From positions 3,348,001 through 3,412,000 of the forward strand of contig JBLDXI010000019.1 of NCBI GenBank assembly GCA_047495785.1: 64,000 nucleotides of DNA, read 5' to 3'. Below, in pieces: positions 49,150-63,157 of the stretch (positions are counted from its first letter, which is position 1; each line of letters begins with the position of its first letter). The stretch is from Lepidodermella squamata (lineage: Eukaryota; Animalia; Gastrotricha). The notes beneath the pieces are model-generated. The model saw nothing but the letters and a program-made list of their open reading frames with translations, was not told the DNA's origin and ran no database searches. A program made the position numbers and the translations under genes.

Positions 49150-50617
49150 GAACAGAAGTAGCTTGTCTGTAGCTAGTGGTACCCAATCAAGCCGTAGAGG
49201 TCGTAGTAAGTACTAGAAGCACTTACTAAAGCATCACCGTCGTAAAGCTCGACATTGCACATCAGACCTTGAGATATATTTGAATTCATAATTTGGAAAG
49301 CATAAAAATGGGAGTCTTACTTGGGCATCCAGGAATAAGCCATCGCAAACAAACTTCATTCGACCATGAGTCGGGATACAATCGAAGATATCGAGCTATG
49401 ATGAATGGTCTTATGAAGTTCCAAGTCAGTGTTCCAGGATCAGTATTCGCCGTGAAAGATTTGACAACGCCAGGTCTGGCCCGGTCGTTGAATTTAGTGA
49501 AATAAACACCGATGTTGCTGAATTCGAGGTGGAAAGTGTTGACGAAGCAATTGTTCAGCTCATCACCCTGGGTAGCAACTTGAGTGATAGTTACTACTTC
49601 GCCAAAATCTGCCTGAATGTACTCGGCTATCAATGAGGTCAGAGGACGCCAGCAACATGCGACTGAATTGCCAATCCACGTTCCCATAGTGACCCATTTG
49701 TTGTAGGTGACATTATCGGGGCTTGGGAATGTGTAAACCGAACTGAATGTGACATTTGCACTTGCGGTCATATCACTCTCGCAAACATGACCCTGGAGCT
49801 TTGTTGCAGTTGGACATAGCGACCACAATTCCATTGCAAGGTACTGCGTAACGTAACCTGAAAAGAAGTAGTAGCAAGCAAGGGAGCCATTGAAGTATTT
49901 CGGACCACTTGATTCCTGCGAAACAATTCAGAGGTATTAGTACATCATAGCGAAACAATTCATATCTCACATAAGCTAAATAGAACGAGCTTGTATCAGA
50001 GATGTTCTCAGTCGTTTGATGCGTTGTCCGGCCAACAATGCTGCCATCGACATATGCCATCAGACTTTTGCTAGGTCCATCCACAGTCATGCTGTAGTGA
50101 CTCCATGAAGTCGAGACCGAGGAATTTTCAAGCCTCACTTTGAATTGGCCAACAACCGGGTACATGGAGTATTCAACGTAGTTAGGAAATAAGCGCACAG
50201 AGCCGCTAAAAGCCATCAGCAAAATAGGCGTGCCTGCGGTTGAAGTTGCCGCAGAGCTATGCGAAAACTCGAAGGGAGAACGAAGTTTTGCTGCGGGTGG
50301 GTAAATAAGTTGACGATGTGCACGATGATGGTACTGCGCATGAAACGTAATTTTGAAATTCACTTGAGAAACGGAACGCCGTCGAGCCCGGTCGCCACCA
50401 CGGCAGCCCAGCTAAGGACGTCAGTGTTAAATTCTGCACAGTAGCGTTATTTGGTTTAAGACCAAAACCAGTCGCCCAAGGATAAAAGGTACGTAAATTG
50501 TTGATAGTTGTCACAAATTGGATATTGCTGTCAAGCGTTAAGATCGACTTAGCTGTCATTGCAGTGCTTGATGTTAACGGGCAGCGTTTCAGCGAGTACA
50601 ACTGGCGCCGATTCATG
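49150..50617 (-). pseudogene. Truncated lectin gene copy C (third LamG + F5/8C region)
   Basis: ORFs 49286-49834, 49773-50363 and 50257-50730 match copies A/D; frameshift near 50340; abrupt loss of similarity at both ends. Confidence 0.8.
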
Positions 50618-51429
50618 GTCAACGAGCAAGGTGGCGTTGAAACAGTAAATCGCGTCGACTTGCCCTGTGGTGTTTTAGTCATCATACTTTCGACAGTGAC
50701 CACAAACGATTTTTTGGGCCTGACTCGCAAAAAATGTATATGTACTGTATATGGGGACTTGGGATTTATGCACTTAAATAAATAAAATAAATAAATAAAT
50801 AATGGATTAAAAATTGCATATCAGCGTGTATCACTTCGAATCGGAGAACGAAAATTATTATATCCAGCATGAAACCTCGCGCTCTTCTCATGAGCTCGAA
50901 ACATCTCCAATTTCCAATTGCACACCCCTGCGCACATTATCATGTCACCTTCCGCTATTTGGTTCATTGGATTTTTATTGGGGATTTGCCGTTAAGGAAA
51001 TTCTAAGCACACCGCTAAGATGTTAGTCATTTCTACCTTTAGAAAGCCAGTTGCTGAAGAATAGCTCGCAGGGGTAGAAGAAAATTGTCCGACCGATCTC
51101 CCATTATTTGAACAACTTGAAACTGGTTCTATGGCTAGTTGAATGCTTTGTTGTATTTTTATCTCAATTTTGATCCGGGGCTAAAGCGACAAGTTGATCG
51201 TTTTTATCTCCATGAATCGGAATTAAAGCCGGCAGCTTCGAGAGAAACATTTAGAGATTTTTAGAAAAAATGTGATTTTTTTATTGTTTTTTTTAATATA
51301 AACCTGTGTAAAGTTTTTCGATTTCCGGATGGTAGATTCAATATCCTCGAAATCGAAAGGTTGAAGGAAATGGGCCTATGCTCGATACCCATGTTAAAAA
51401 TTGAGTCATTCTGTTCGTATCTAATAAGA

Positions 51430-52162
51430 ATGGTGCAAGTAATACATTTTCTCCTATTCTCAAGTCTCTTGCTGTTCGTTACAAGTGGGCAAGTTGGGTC
51501 AAATTATTACAAGATCAGTGAGTTTATTAAGAGTTATCTTTACAAATATTTGTAATTCGCTCATATAGACGTCACAGGGATGATTAAAGTTGTGGGTAAC
51601 ATGACGCTGCTGGATGGAACAGTTCTGCCATGTGAGCCGTGGCCTAACGACCTGAACGACCCGAATTCAGAATTGTACAGCAGAGTTTCAACCGTGATGG
51701 CTAATGAGGTATCAATTGGAAAGCTGTAGCTCTTTTATTTTAAATGATTTTTTCCAACAGATCGTCCTGATATATTCGGAGACGGACGCAGCGAATGTGT
51801 CAGCGAAAATTACCAAAATTTACCGGGGCAGTGTTATTGCTGACTACATTGTGCTACTTAGTAGTCGTACGCAATTAACCGAAGAGGAAATAAGTGCTAG
51901 GGTGAAGCAAGCGATTATGAAGCGAGTAGCTACTGGGGCTTCAAGAGGGATTGGTCAGATTGTCTCAGCAGAAGTGCGACTTCAAACCATTTCGGCCATG
52001 ACGCAGGGATCTAGCGTTCTTGCTAGACAAGCCACCGATCCAAGCAATTCGATGACTACTAGAGCTAATAACGGTCGATCCAGTGCAGCTAATATTTGGC
52101 TGGATGAAATTCTTCAGATTTTGAATTTGTTCCTTTTTCTCTGTTTAGCCAATCAGGCATGA
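51430..52162 (+). CDS. Single SEA-domain protein with signal peptide and probable GPI signal (exons 51430-51517, 51569-51708, 51761-52162)
   Basis: PWPNDLNDPNSELYS and YRGSVIADY are SEA signatures; hydrophobic N- and C-termini; both introns in frame. Confidence 0.75.
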
Positions 52163-53119
52163 ATTCAGCAATCTTTGATTGCACTAAATACAGAAAGACT
52201 GTATGTGTTCGATTAGAGCGATCTTGAGTTTCCACTACTTCTCGTTCCGCTGAATTGTTTTTCCGTTTTGATTTGAAAAATGGTCAGATCTATATATACT
52301 TAAACATTTTCTTCAAAGCATCTCATATTAATGCATCTCATATTCGCTCTCCTATTAAAATGAATTATTCGCTCTCATATTCATCTGGAAGTACGGTAAC
52401 TGAAATGAAATTTGAAACTGTGTCACTAAAATCTGTTTATTAAATAATATTTTCGGTGTAACCTCCGGAGCTCACAAGACGCTCAACCCTTGCGGCTTCC
52501 ATCGAGGCTCGATGAGTTTTTGCTGTACCATCAATATTCAATATGTTTCGAATGTAGTTATTTTGTTCATGAGACGCACCAGGACGCTTTCTTCGATTCA
52601 ACCCGTTTTAACCTACCGTCATTTATTTGGGACGAACTTTTTTGATGCCGGATATAACTACGTTAAGCGCGAAAAGGCCTATTCCTGGGTTTTATAATCT
52701 TTGGGTATGATGTTGGGAAGCTACAGAAAAAAATGAAAATGACACCCATTGCTATTACCTAACCGGTAAAAATTTGACTGTCAGAAATGTGATTTTTTGA
52801 CCAAAAAATGATTTTTTAAACCAGAAAAAATATGAACACTAATGACATGTATATATGACGCCTAGAACAACTTTTGATGCCTGATTTTTGTGTTATTTTT
52901 AATGAGGTCCAAAGGTCGTTGCGGCTGACCTCATTACTCACAGCAAAAAAACTCATTCATGAAGATCACGTATTTACGCAAAGATCAGTTTTTTTGCAGT
53001 GCGGCCTGAAGATCTCGATCCTAAGGAAAACGGCGGGTCGCTTAAAGATCAGTTATTCTGTTTTCAATTTTAATTTTTATTATCGATGGCAATTTTATTT
53101 TTTAAATCGTAAGTAATTA

Positions 53120-53613
53120 CAGTAGAAGCTGTATTATCCGGACACCATCTCGGTCGCGGAAAATTTGTCCGCATTAGCGCTGTCCGCATTGGGCGATCCT
53201 CTAATTCCGAGGCTCCCCTTGAAACGGCCCCAGCGGACAGGATTAGGCCCCCTTTTACGCGCAGGTGCTGTTTGCTTTTCTAATTAGCGCGCTCTTTAAT
53301 TAGATTTGAGTAGCTTTTACAAATAATTTGCAACTTGAGGCTAAGTAAGCCAAGATTTGAAACAATATCCATAACCCACTCGGAGACATGGAGTTGAGGG
53401 GTGTCCGCATTGAAGAGCCTAAAATACCCACATGGATAGTGCGGCTGTAGCTAGAAAACTGGCCGTATTAGCATGCGTCCGCATTAAGAAGCTGTCCGCC
53501 TTAAAGAGCGCGATGTCCGCATGTTATAACGTAAACTCTGTCCGTCGCCCTAAAATCGTCCGGACTAGCCCGCTGTCCGCATTGCTGGGGTTCGGATTAT
53601 ACAGCTTCTACTG
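53120..53613. mobile_element. pogo/Tigger-like MITE (494 bp)
   Basis: TA|CAGTAGAAGCTGTATTATCCG...CGGATTATACAGCTTCTACTG|TA; internal repeated TGTCCGCATT motifs. Confidence 0.9.
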
Positions 53614-54188
53614 TATTATGCGCACTTATGCTAAACACGTCACGTGATTTTTTACTTAAACCCGGATAACGGGAGCTTCGAAGCCACTGCGGCCTGGTAC
53701 GTCTTGTTCTGTCTTGTTGTCTGGTACTGTCTGGTACTGAAGATAGTCTGGTCTGGCAAATGAAATTCCGGAATTAGCGAAAATTCCTCCAAACCACGAT
53801 GGCGTATATGAAACATGGTACGCTAATTATACCACTAAAATCGTGTTCTACCCATAAAGTAATCATAAAATTGCGAAATTCGTTAAGACGATACATTCCA
53901 GAATAGTTGAGTGAAAATTCTATTTTTAACAGAAGGCGAGAACAAAAAGGCTAGCGGCATATAATTGGTTATAGGTTAAGTGACGAGCCATATACGGTGT
54001 TTAACAATGTTCCGCGTTTAACAATATAAATTTGAACATAGACGAATACTACGATTAGTGAGGATTTCAGGAATGATTTTAGAAAATAAGCTATGCTATA
54101 AAAAAGGACAGGCAAACTCCACCGGATTATAGCGGATTATAGCTCAGCTCGCATAATAATTTGTTAGATAATATTTGATTTTCAAGCA

Positions 54189-57100
54189 TCAAAAAACTCG
54201 AATTTCAGAGAAAACTACAGAAAGCTGTCCGATTTTCTCAACGCTGATGTAGCGACCTGAAATTGGTGGCGTACAGTACATCTCTAAATTCTGACCAGCG
54301 ATCAGGCTTGGAACACGATAGCCGTCATGAATATCGCATATTGTATTTTGAGAGAAAACAGTCGAATCGCCAACGCGTGCAACAAGCCTGAACCCAACAG
54401 GACTCGCATAGTTTATCCAACCGCTATTCCCAGAGAGAACTAGTACGATTTTCGAGATGCTAGGCATCTTTTGACCCATGTCAACTTGGAAATACGATTC
54501 TGACGAGGGCTGAGGGCCGATCGGTTCAGTAATCGAACCATCCGTCAACCCAGCGTTGACAGTTTCATTGAAGTCTGACGAGGTAACTCCTTTCGAAGCA
54601 GCGTAGTTAGTTGAAGAATCATAGCTGACACTGACGTGACACATAAGCATATCCATGTAACTGCTGGAAACAACAACAAATTGACCGGCTTTTACAGAAT
54701 CCGATGACAACAAGATTCGAGATCGAAAGGGAGCAGCTTCAACATCAGAAGAAAATCGGGGCAAATTCAAAACCTCAGAGGTTGAAGCTGGGGCAGTACT
54801 TGCTACCCGAACAGATAGTCCTTTAGCAGCAAAACCGATGTCGTTAATGTAACTGCATCCTTTGAAGCCGAGTCTTCCAACAGGCTGACTGTTGAATTCG
54901 TCAACGTAAAGTCGGACAGCTACAGCCACAAGTGCCGGGTTCAAAAAGCTGGAGTATGGCGGGGAATCGGGCCCAGAAGGAGGACCTTCGAATATCCTAA
55001 GGGTCGAACCGTTACGCCAGACATACCCGACCCATTTGCTGGCAGAATTCGCTAATCTTGACAGCAGATGGTACTTCGTAATTGAAGCCGAAGTGCTCTT
55101 ACTCGACTGAACTGACACGTTGTTGATCAGTTTCGCCTCTTTGAATTCAATCTGAAAGTACGGCTGCTTGTCTGCTGCAATTGGTACCCAATCAACCCCG
55201 TTGAGGTCGTTTCGCGTGAAATCGGCAGGCGTTGTTGAGCTAGAAGCGCTGACTAGAGCATCACTATCATAGAGCTCAACATTGCACATCAAACCTTGGG
55301 ATATATAAATTCAAAGTTATGAAAGCACGAAACTGTCAGTCTTACTTGGGCATCCACGAACAAGCCATCGCAGACAAACTTCATTCGACCAAGCGTCGGG
55401 ATACAGTCGAAGGAACCTAGCTGTGATGAATGGTCGTATGAAGTTCCAAATCAATGTCCCAGGATCAGTATTAGCAGTGAATGATTTGACAACACCAGTT
55501 CTGGCCCTATCGTTGAATTTAGTGAAATAAACACCAATGTTGCTGTATTCGAGGTGGAATGTTCTGACGAAGCAATTATTAAGCTCATCGCCCTGGGTAG
55601 CTACTTGAGTGATCGTGACCTGCTCGCCAAAATCGGCTTGAATGTACTCGGTTTTCAATGAGGTCAGAGGACGCCAGCAGCAAGCGACTGAATTGCCAAT
55701 CCACGATCCCATAGTGACCCATTTGTTGTAGGGGACGTTACCAGGGCTTGGGGATGTGTAAATCGAGCTGAATGTTACATTCGCACTTGCGGTTAGATCA
55801 CTCTCGCAAACATGACCCTGAAGCATTGTAGTTGTTGGGCATTGAGACCAAAGTTCCATAGCCTGGTACTGTGTAACATTGCCCTGGTAGATGAAGAGGC
55901 AAGCTAGAGAGCCATTCATATACTTGGGAGACACGTCCTTTCAAATGAATTTTTAGGAGATTCACAAATGACGAAAATAATGAAGACTCACATAAGCTAA
56001 GTAAATTGTGCCGACATCAGCGACAGACAATGCAGGAAAATTCGTCGATCCTGCTATACTGCCGTCAGCATAAGCCACCATCATCTTGCTGGCCATGTCA
56101 ATAGTCATGCTGTAGTGATACCACGTGTTCGCGACGGTCACATTCTCCAGTTTCACCGTGTAGTTCTCGGACGTACTCATAGTACAGGTGTACTCAACGT
56201 AGCCGGGGAAAAGACGTATTCCATGCAGCGGAGTAGTGCTCGTATAAAATCGGACGATGGGTGTGCCAGCACTTGGAGGGCTTGCAGAGCTGAATGAGAA
56301 AATTCCCACAGAATATGCAGTTGTTCCGTTACCGCCTGGTTTTAGGGTTGAAGTGGCAGCTGATGCTATGTAATTGCCAGAAAAGCTATGTACTGAAAAA
56401 TGAAACGCCATCGATCCGGTGTGCCACCATGGCAAACCACGTGACGCAGTCAGTGAAAAGTTTAGCATTGCCTGGGTATTAGGCATCATCATGAAAGAGA
56501 GATCGCTCCAGGGGTACACGTTCCGGAAAACGAAAGTCGGACTCATTGGCAAATTGTTGTCGATAGGTACCATCGCACTAGCCGTCATCTCTAGGGTTGA
56601 AGTTAAAGGGCAGCGTTTCAAGGAGTACAACTGCCGCCGATTCATTGCAACATTCGCGTAAATCTGAAGACAAGCATAGTCCCCAACAACAGAGCTCGCA
56701 CCTCCGATACGAAAAATGCTGGTATTAGTAGCTAATCCGCTTGAACATGAGAAAACGAAACGTTCAATCACTTCACCCTCGTAGACTAGACCGATGAATG
56801 GAGAAGAGTGGTCGATAGTAACTCCGAGGTAAACCCATCTGTTCGTTTTCAGTTCTACTTTCGTGGAAATAAAATCCATCGAGGATGAGCCATCCCTACA
56901 CTTGTTTCGCCACGCAAGAGAGCCATTTGAATGAATGAAAAGTCCAACTTCAGGGCTTGAAGATGTTGCAATGGTAACCCAACTGAATATAAAGCCGAAT
57001 CCATCTGGCCTCACATGAATTAGGATCGTGAATGAATACTGAAGATCCATCGCCGCTTGTGACAATCGGAAAAAGTCATTCGCAGTCGGCAAGTTCCATG

Positions 57101-59702
57101 CCCTGATAATACAAGCAAAACGTAGGTGACACAAAAGCTACAATTCAAGCGAACGTGTTTGTGAAGCTCAAAATTGTGGAGCACACAGGATTTCCGCTTT
57201 TTGTTAGGGCCCAATTGCTTCCCGTAGCTTCCAATGGTGAGCAATTCAATGGAAATATTGCAAGTGGTGGGTTTGCTAAGCAATACGTGAGAAATCAAGC
57301 ATTTTCAGGCATTGAAAACAAAATATTCGTACTTTTCCATGGGCAGCGACTAGCTTGATCAATTTCAGCGTTGTCTAGCGAACGATAGTATAGCTGAACG
57401 CAAGCAACTTTTCCCCTCCATTGACCTCGAATTTGAAAGTAGGAACTCGAAATCCTCCCAGAGGTCGCTATTTGGCAAGGAACCGGAAATATTCCTCTCT
57501 CGACCTTGTCAATGAATATACGACCAGTGTAGCTTTTACAGTCGATTGATAGAGCTACAAAACTCCATTTGTTCAAGGGAATAACCGTTCTTGGACCGCC
57601 TAAACCTGTTGTTTTCGGGTAAGCGTTTGTCGTCGTGCTGGTTGACCCCATCGAGTTTTCGATAGTCACTAAACCGGATGCGATTTTTAGAGACATGCCA
57701 CTGACATAGCTGGGAAAATGAAGTCAATACAAAAGAATTCCCGAGAAATGATTAAGCATACTAATCGAAATACGAAGTAATAAGATAGACGTCACTATTG
57801 GGGGATGAGTAGTACACCCATAAAGCGTAGGTAAATCCATTGACACGGTCTATAAACGGCTGTTTGGTCGGAATCAGCACCGTTCGAGTCGACGTAGGAA
57901 TTGTCCATTCAAGCGACCCAAGGGGCCTACCATCAACACCACTGCCGAATACTACTCCATCAGAAACCACAGCATGATTCCCGTTGCCAGATAAATCGTC
58001 GTAACCATGGATTAAATCGAAGAGCCAAAGCCCGTCAGGATTCAGCGTTGCGAATGGCGGATAGTCAGGAAATGTGATTTCGATTTGGTTTAATGATTGA
58101 CTTGAGCCAAGATCGATAACGGCGAAAGGTAGCCCAGGCGGTACAGTGAAAAATCGACTGCAGTTTTGAATGTGCTGCGATCGAATTCGCCGTCTTTGCG
58201 TGATTGTTTTCAGCGCGTTGCTATAACCGTTGTACTCCGTTGTAACTAAGGCCGGGGTGGCTAGAACGTTCGCATCATTAGCTAAATTGAGCAGGGTTCG
58301 TGGGTTTCCTAATCAGATATATGTGAAAAAGTAACGCCAGCATAGGCAGCTTACTTTTGCATCCCAGAAGCTCGAGTTTGAAACATTGAGCGCCTGAATT
58401 AGTGATTGGGGTAATTCGGAAAAATCGCCCAACAACAGGGTTCGGGAAAGCAGCAGCTACGATTGAAGTGGCATCAACATTGCCTTCCCAACCTTCAGAC
58501 CTGTCAGCCTTGAGTATTTTTCGCCAGTAGTCATTTTCACTCGACCGGCTTTGAATTTGAAAGTATTTCACCCAAGAGTTCAAAAAACTACAGCCCTGCA
58601 TCTGAACTGCCGTGACTATGGTTTGCTTAAGAAGATCAATGATAACAAAATCGTCAACGATGGGGGAAGCAGCCATTCCCCAATTCAGCCGAGTGTAACG
58701 CGAGCTTGTGTAGTTGAGAGACGTCATGATTTGTGAATCATCAATTTCCGAGGTCTGGATGCCCAGAGGCTCGTAACACAGGGCTGGTATGCCATTAACT
58801 TGAAATTTAGCCACTCTCCAGCCGGTTGAATTCGTTAACATAGAGAACTTGAAATGCTTGGCGATGACTGGCTTGTATAAATCGAACTTCAATATTGCAC
58901 TGTTCAGTAGAGGTTGTAGAATTTTAACGGGTCCACCGACAGATCTGATCGGCGTGAGCTGATTGCTGGTAAGCCCAACTTCCAACATCATATCTTGCAT
59001 GCAGATGTTTGGATCGTGGCAAAAGTAGGAGAATCGAGCCAGCCATATTATCCTCTGCAAATCCAAAGTCACCCATGCTCCAGCTGGTGGAACATTGCCC
59101 ATATTGAAGAACCAGTTGTGCAAAGCAGCCAGTCTTCCATAGTGGACCATTTCGTATGGGACAGATGGGATAACATAGGTATCATTATTATTCGATAGAG
59201 CTTGGTATCCAAGATCACTTATATAGCTGTTATCAATGTCAACCTCGCCATCCGTGCAGTTGAGCAATGGATCCGTCAAAGAGCATGGCGGCATCGCAAC
59301 AGCTCTGAAAATCGCGTCGAAAATACCAGACTTGCCCTGTGTAGCTTTAGCGGTCAGACTATCGACTGTAACCACAAACGACCTATGGGCCTGGCTCGCT
59401 GCGAATGTCACCCAAGCAGAGCCATTCGGCGAAACTGAATACAAGGTGCAAATCTTTTGAGCCGAATCCAGCTCCCCCGACTGGCAGTTAGGGGCGAGGT
59501 TGCATTTGCTCATGCATTCGACAGGCAGCCTGGTCGAGGAGTAGCTTGCGATGGTAACGGCGGACATGTCTAAGAGGCCGGTGTTAGGCGCTGGCTGGAT
59601 TCTGAAGCCTTGGTACTCGTTGTAGTAGCTCCCACCGCCGCCGGCTGACGGTGTAAACAAGTAGCTTGATAGTATCAAGAACAACGACAGAATTAGCGGC
59701 AT
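54189..59702 (-). CDS. Large secreted multidomain lectin-like protein, copy D (same architecture as copy A)
   Basis: ORFs 58278-59702, 57761-57970, 57295-57696, 55962-57134, 55317-55934 and 54189-55292 are colinear with copy A, with matching intron positions. Confidence 0.85.
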
Positions 59703-60183
59703 TGCGTATCAAGATTTCATGCCTTGGTTCATACGTAGTGTTATGTATTCGATCTTCATGGGATCTAGCTGTTTTCCACCTGTATTTCGCATTAAAATAT
59801 TCATTAGTTATTTTGTCGTTGCCAGGCTTCCATGGCCGTAGCTTCAAGTCAATCCCGGCTTTCTCGCCTGTTTTTCATAACAAAAGCGTGATTTTTCCAC
59901 AATAATAACGGCTTTTGCTGTCTTTTGATCGATGAAGCAAAATCCAGGGACTTCACTGGATTTGGACATGCGCAAAACCAATAGTAAGAGAATTTTGCCT
60001 TAGTTCGAGAATATATTAGTTTTCCCAGCCGTGTATAGATAGTACTGCAGCTATAATTCATTTTATTTCAACAACATATATTCAGTAGAAGTTCAGTAGA
60101 ATTTTCAGCTGCGCAAAGAGGAATGAATGAATGATTTTATTTTACTTCCACGCGACCCTTTTATCCCTTTTTATCCCTTTTTT

Positions 60184-60390
60184 AGGGATAAAATCCGGAA
60201 TGAAAACATATGGCGCATTTGCGGCGTTGAGAGGCTCACTACTAAAATAGATAGACGCCAACTGCGCTGGTATGGTCATGTAGCTCGCATGGACTCGAGA
60301 AGGTTGACGAAACAAATGCGGTACTGGCAACCTCCGACAGATTGGATACGACCCCAAGGGCGACCAAAATTGAGATGGATACTGCGCTAG
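60184..60390 (+). mobile_element. RTE-like LINE internal/3' fragment
   Basis: RDKIRNENI...RRQLRWYGHVARM...RPQGRPKLRW. Confidence 0.8.
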
Positions 60391-60474
60391 ACGGGCTGGG
60401 TACACCGGGGTGAATTTTATTTTATAATTTTTCCTTCCTATTCGCTATTCCTTGTTGTTAATCTTTGTTCTGTA

Positions 60475-60957
60475 TTATATCGGTAAAAGAAGGAAAATAT
60501 AAAATAAAGATAATGTTATGTTGTGTATGTTATGTTCCACGCGACTACAGTGACAGTCAAAAGATCCGCACGGTGGAATTGAGGCGATGCTCGTTGAAAT
60601 TTCGGGCCATGCTGTAAGGATAGATCCAACGTTGGCTGAAACTGGCCGGAAAGGTTCGATTGAACCATCTTCTATCTTGAACAGGACTGAACTTGGAACG
60701 ACAATACAGAGTCGTCTCAAGATGCCACGCATCGATCTCAGCACTCCGTTTCGTTTGCTTGCCGACATTTCATAGAGTTTGCCCGGGTGGAAATGCCAGG
60801 ACGGGAATTCATCTCGCATCTTATCTAATAAAACCTCAAGCAGTTCGTTTTCCGATGTTGCGACGTTTGGGGATGGGGTGGAATTAGCTGGTGTAACATT
60901 GCTTTCAAAAGCTTCGTCGTCCTCAGAGCATGGATCATTTTCAAAACGCTGCATCAT
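60475..60957 (-). CDS. Hypothetical protein (160-codon ORF), possibly truncated by the adjacent LINE
   Basis: ATG-initiated, protein-like composition; no family recognised. Confidence 0.4.
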   Translation of the reverse strand: MMQRFENDPCSEDDEAFESNVTPANSTPSPNVATSENELLEVLLDKMRDEFPSWHFHPGKLYEMSASKRNGVLRSMRGILRRLCIVVPSSVLFKIEDGSIEPFRPVSANVGSILTAWPEISTSIASIPPCGSFDCHCSRVEHNIHNITLSLFYIFLLLPI

Positions 60958-61364
60958 CCGAGTTGAATTTTGAAATTGCGGTTTTCATTTTCTGAATGTT
61001 TCGCCAAGTTGGAAAAGTTTGCGTTCTCTGAATGAAATAAAAGACGGAACCATCGCTGGTTTATCCAGCTGTTGGTAATATTCAAATGCTAACTTGCGTA
61101 CGTATTATGATTCTGCTAATACGCAGTTGTAGACTCTAGCTTCCCTATGAGCTGAGTTAATCCGCAAGCTAACAAGCGCCAACAAGGAGTAGAGCTGGAA
61201 AGTTTTAAAATTGGAATATGAAATGAACCCATGCTATAGTGTACTACTATACCATCATGTGAACTACTAGAATTCAAACGTCCACGGGAATATTACCCCA
61301 CGAAACATTTTTTTACTGTGACGAAATTCGAATAAATCTCTAGCATAATATACGAAATGAGTTA

Positions 61365-61790
61365 TTAAGGAATGACATCTGCCAGAAAAAGAATAACAAC
61401 TGTCACAGCACCGGCTATGGTTAGTAGTCCAAGGACAAATAGAAAGCACTTGAGTTCCCTAAGAAATGAAGATGCCTTAGATGGATCTATCAATCATATT
61501 GCAGTTCAAGAAACTCACGGCGAATCTGAATTTGCCGCTTTGAATACTAGGTAGATCGGGACCGCTACTGGGAACAGCAGGATGACTACAATCCACATGA
61601 GAGCTCTAACCAGTTTGTCCCGACATTCGTGGCTTTCTTGTTCATCTTCGTGGCTTCTCTGAATTTTATCGATCCCGTTGATTGCTGTTGAAAAATTCGC
61701 GTTTTCGAAATCAGCCTTCCAATCGGCGCCAGAAGTCGACGCAATTGAAGTCGTGTCGGAATTCTCAAGGATTTCTTCACCGGTGTCCAT
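61365..61790 (-). CDS. Two-TM membrane protein, probable paralog of 36172-36942 (exons 61790-61519, 61458-61365)
   Basis: WIVVILLFPVAVPIYLV, then a phase-2 intron, then ELKCFLFVLGLLTIAGAVTVVILFLADVIP*. Confidence 0.7.
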
Positions 61791-62696
61791 TACTGTTCTA
61801 ACATGGCTTGACTTACTTATAACTTATTTTGAGGTTTGATTGTAGAGATAAGCTTGTTGCTATTATCTTATCTTTCAAAGTAAGGTGATTTCATGTTACG
61901 TGCATTGAAACTAATACATTGACATGTTATCTCGAAATTTGAAGATTTTTCCCGGATATATTTTGCAAATCCGTATTTGATGAACACCCTGAATAACAGG
62001 TGGCTGTATTGGACCTTTCTTGAGAAATTTGGATTCCAGCGATCAATACGTGATTCTTCACATTTTAATTTACTGCCTCGCTTTCTCAAAATTTCAGGGA
62101 TTTGCTGATTGAGTTGAAAATTCAAGCAAACACCTCAGACCTCATCAGGCCACGTTCGCTCCCGGCGAGAACATAGATAAATTATTTATCTGCGGGAGAA
62201 AAAATATTTGACGGCAGTTCTAGGGGTTTTAGAGGGCCCTGATCACGATTTTGAAAACCGCTGTACAAATGCTGTACAAAAACTGGCCGAAATCGTCCTA
62301 TCCGCCCAGCTGATTTCAGCAGATTTTTCGAACACCCTAATTTCTGTGTCAGGTGCCTCCAGCTTTGGAATTTTAGATTATAAATTACTCCCATGAATGT
62401 CCCCAAGATCCTCCCTCACTTAAATCGCCGAAAACATTCAGTATTCAGTTTAAAAAAGTTTCAGAGGCTCAGCATTCAGATCTGAATTCAGCTTTTCCAG
62501 TTTTTGCTCGCGACAGTTTTTGCAGCACAAAAACCACGCACTCCGCCTGTACGAGTCCTGGCGGATAGGACGATTTCGGCAGCGCTGAAAGTAGTGCCAG
62601 GTACGCGTACCTGGCAGGTTTGGGCTCCAGTTGTACCTGCCAGGGATTTCAATTTTCTGTGAATTTTCAAAGTCGAAATTCCGAAATCGTCCTTCC

Positions 62697-62713
62697 CGCC
62701 GTGAAAGGGTTAA
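62697..62713. mobile_element. Possible single piggyBac-like terminus
   Basis: ...GTGAAAGGG|TTAA at the end of a GC-richer non-coding block; no partner end seen. Confidence 0.3.
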
Positions 62714-63157
62714 GCACCACGCAGCCATAGGTATGCGAACATTATGTACTTTTTTATTTTATGAAAACCTCGCTAGAATAGCCAGAAGCTAGCGAAAGTT
62801 ACAGGCAACAGTGACTTGTGGAACTAAAGGGCAAGGTTAAGGTTCCAAATCAATATACAGGTACTACGCACTTAGGGATGAACATAATTATATCACATAT
62901 TCAGATGTGGATTACAATGGCCAATAGGGCAATATGTGCCTACCCAGGCCGGAAAAATCGCAAACAGCCATATAGGTACGAAGCATGAAGTTGGAAATTA
63001 GCCTATGAAAAGATGAATAGAGAAGTGATCACAGTAATAGTCGGAAAGAAATCAGAGTACAGCACTTCACACAGTTCGTAGAGCTACTTTAGCTAGTAGG
63101 AGTTGTTATCTTTATAAAGGAGATAATAAGTTTAATTGTCCAAGACGTTTTCAATAT

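Noticed and set aside
53120-53613. Spaced TGTCCGCATT repeats as a CRISPR-like array
   Set aside because: Short, irregularly spaced and enclosed by TA-flanked TIRs; these are MITE subterminal repeats in a eukaryotic locus.
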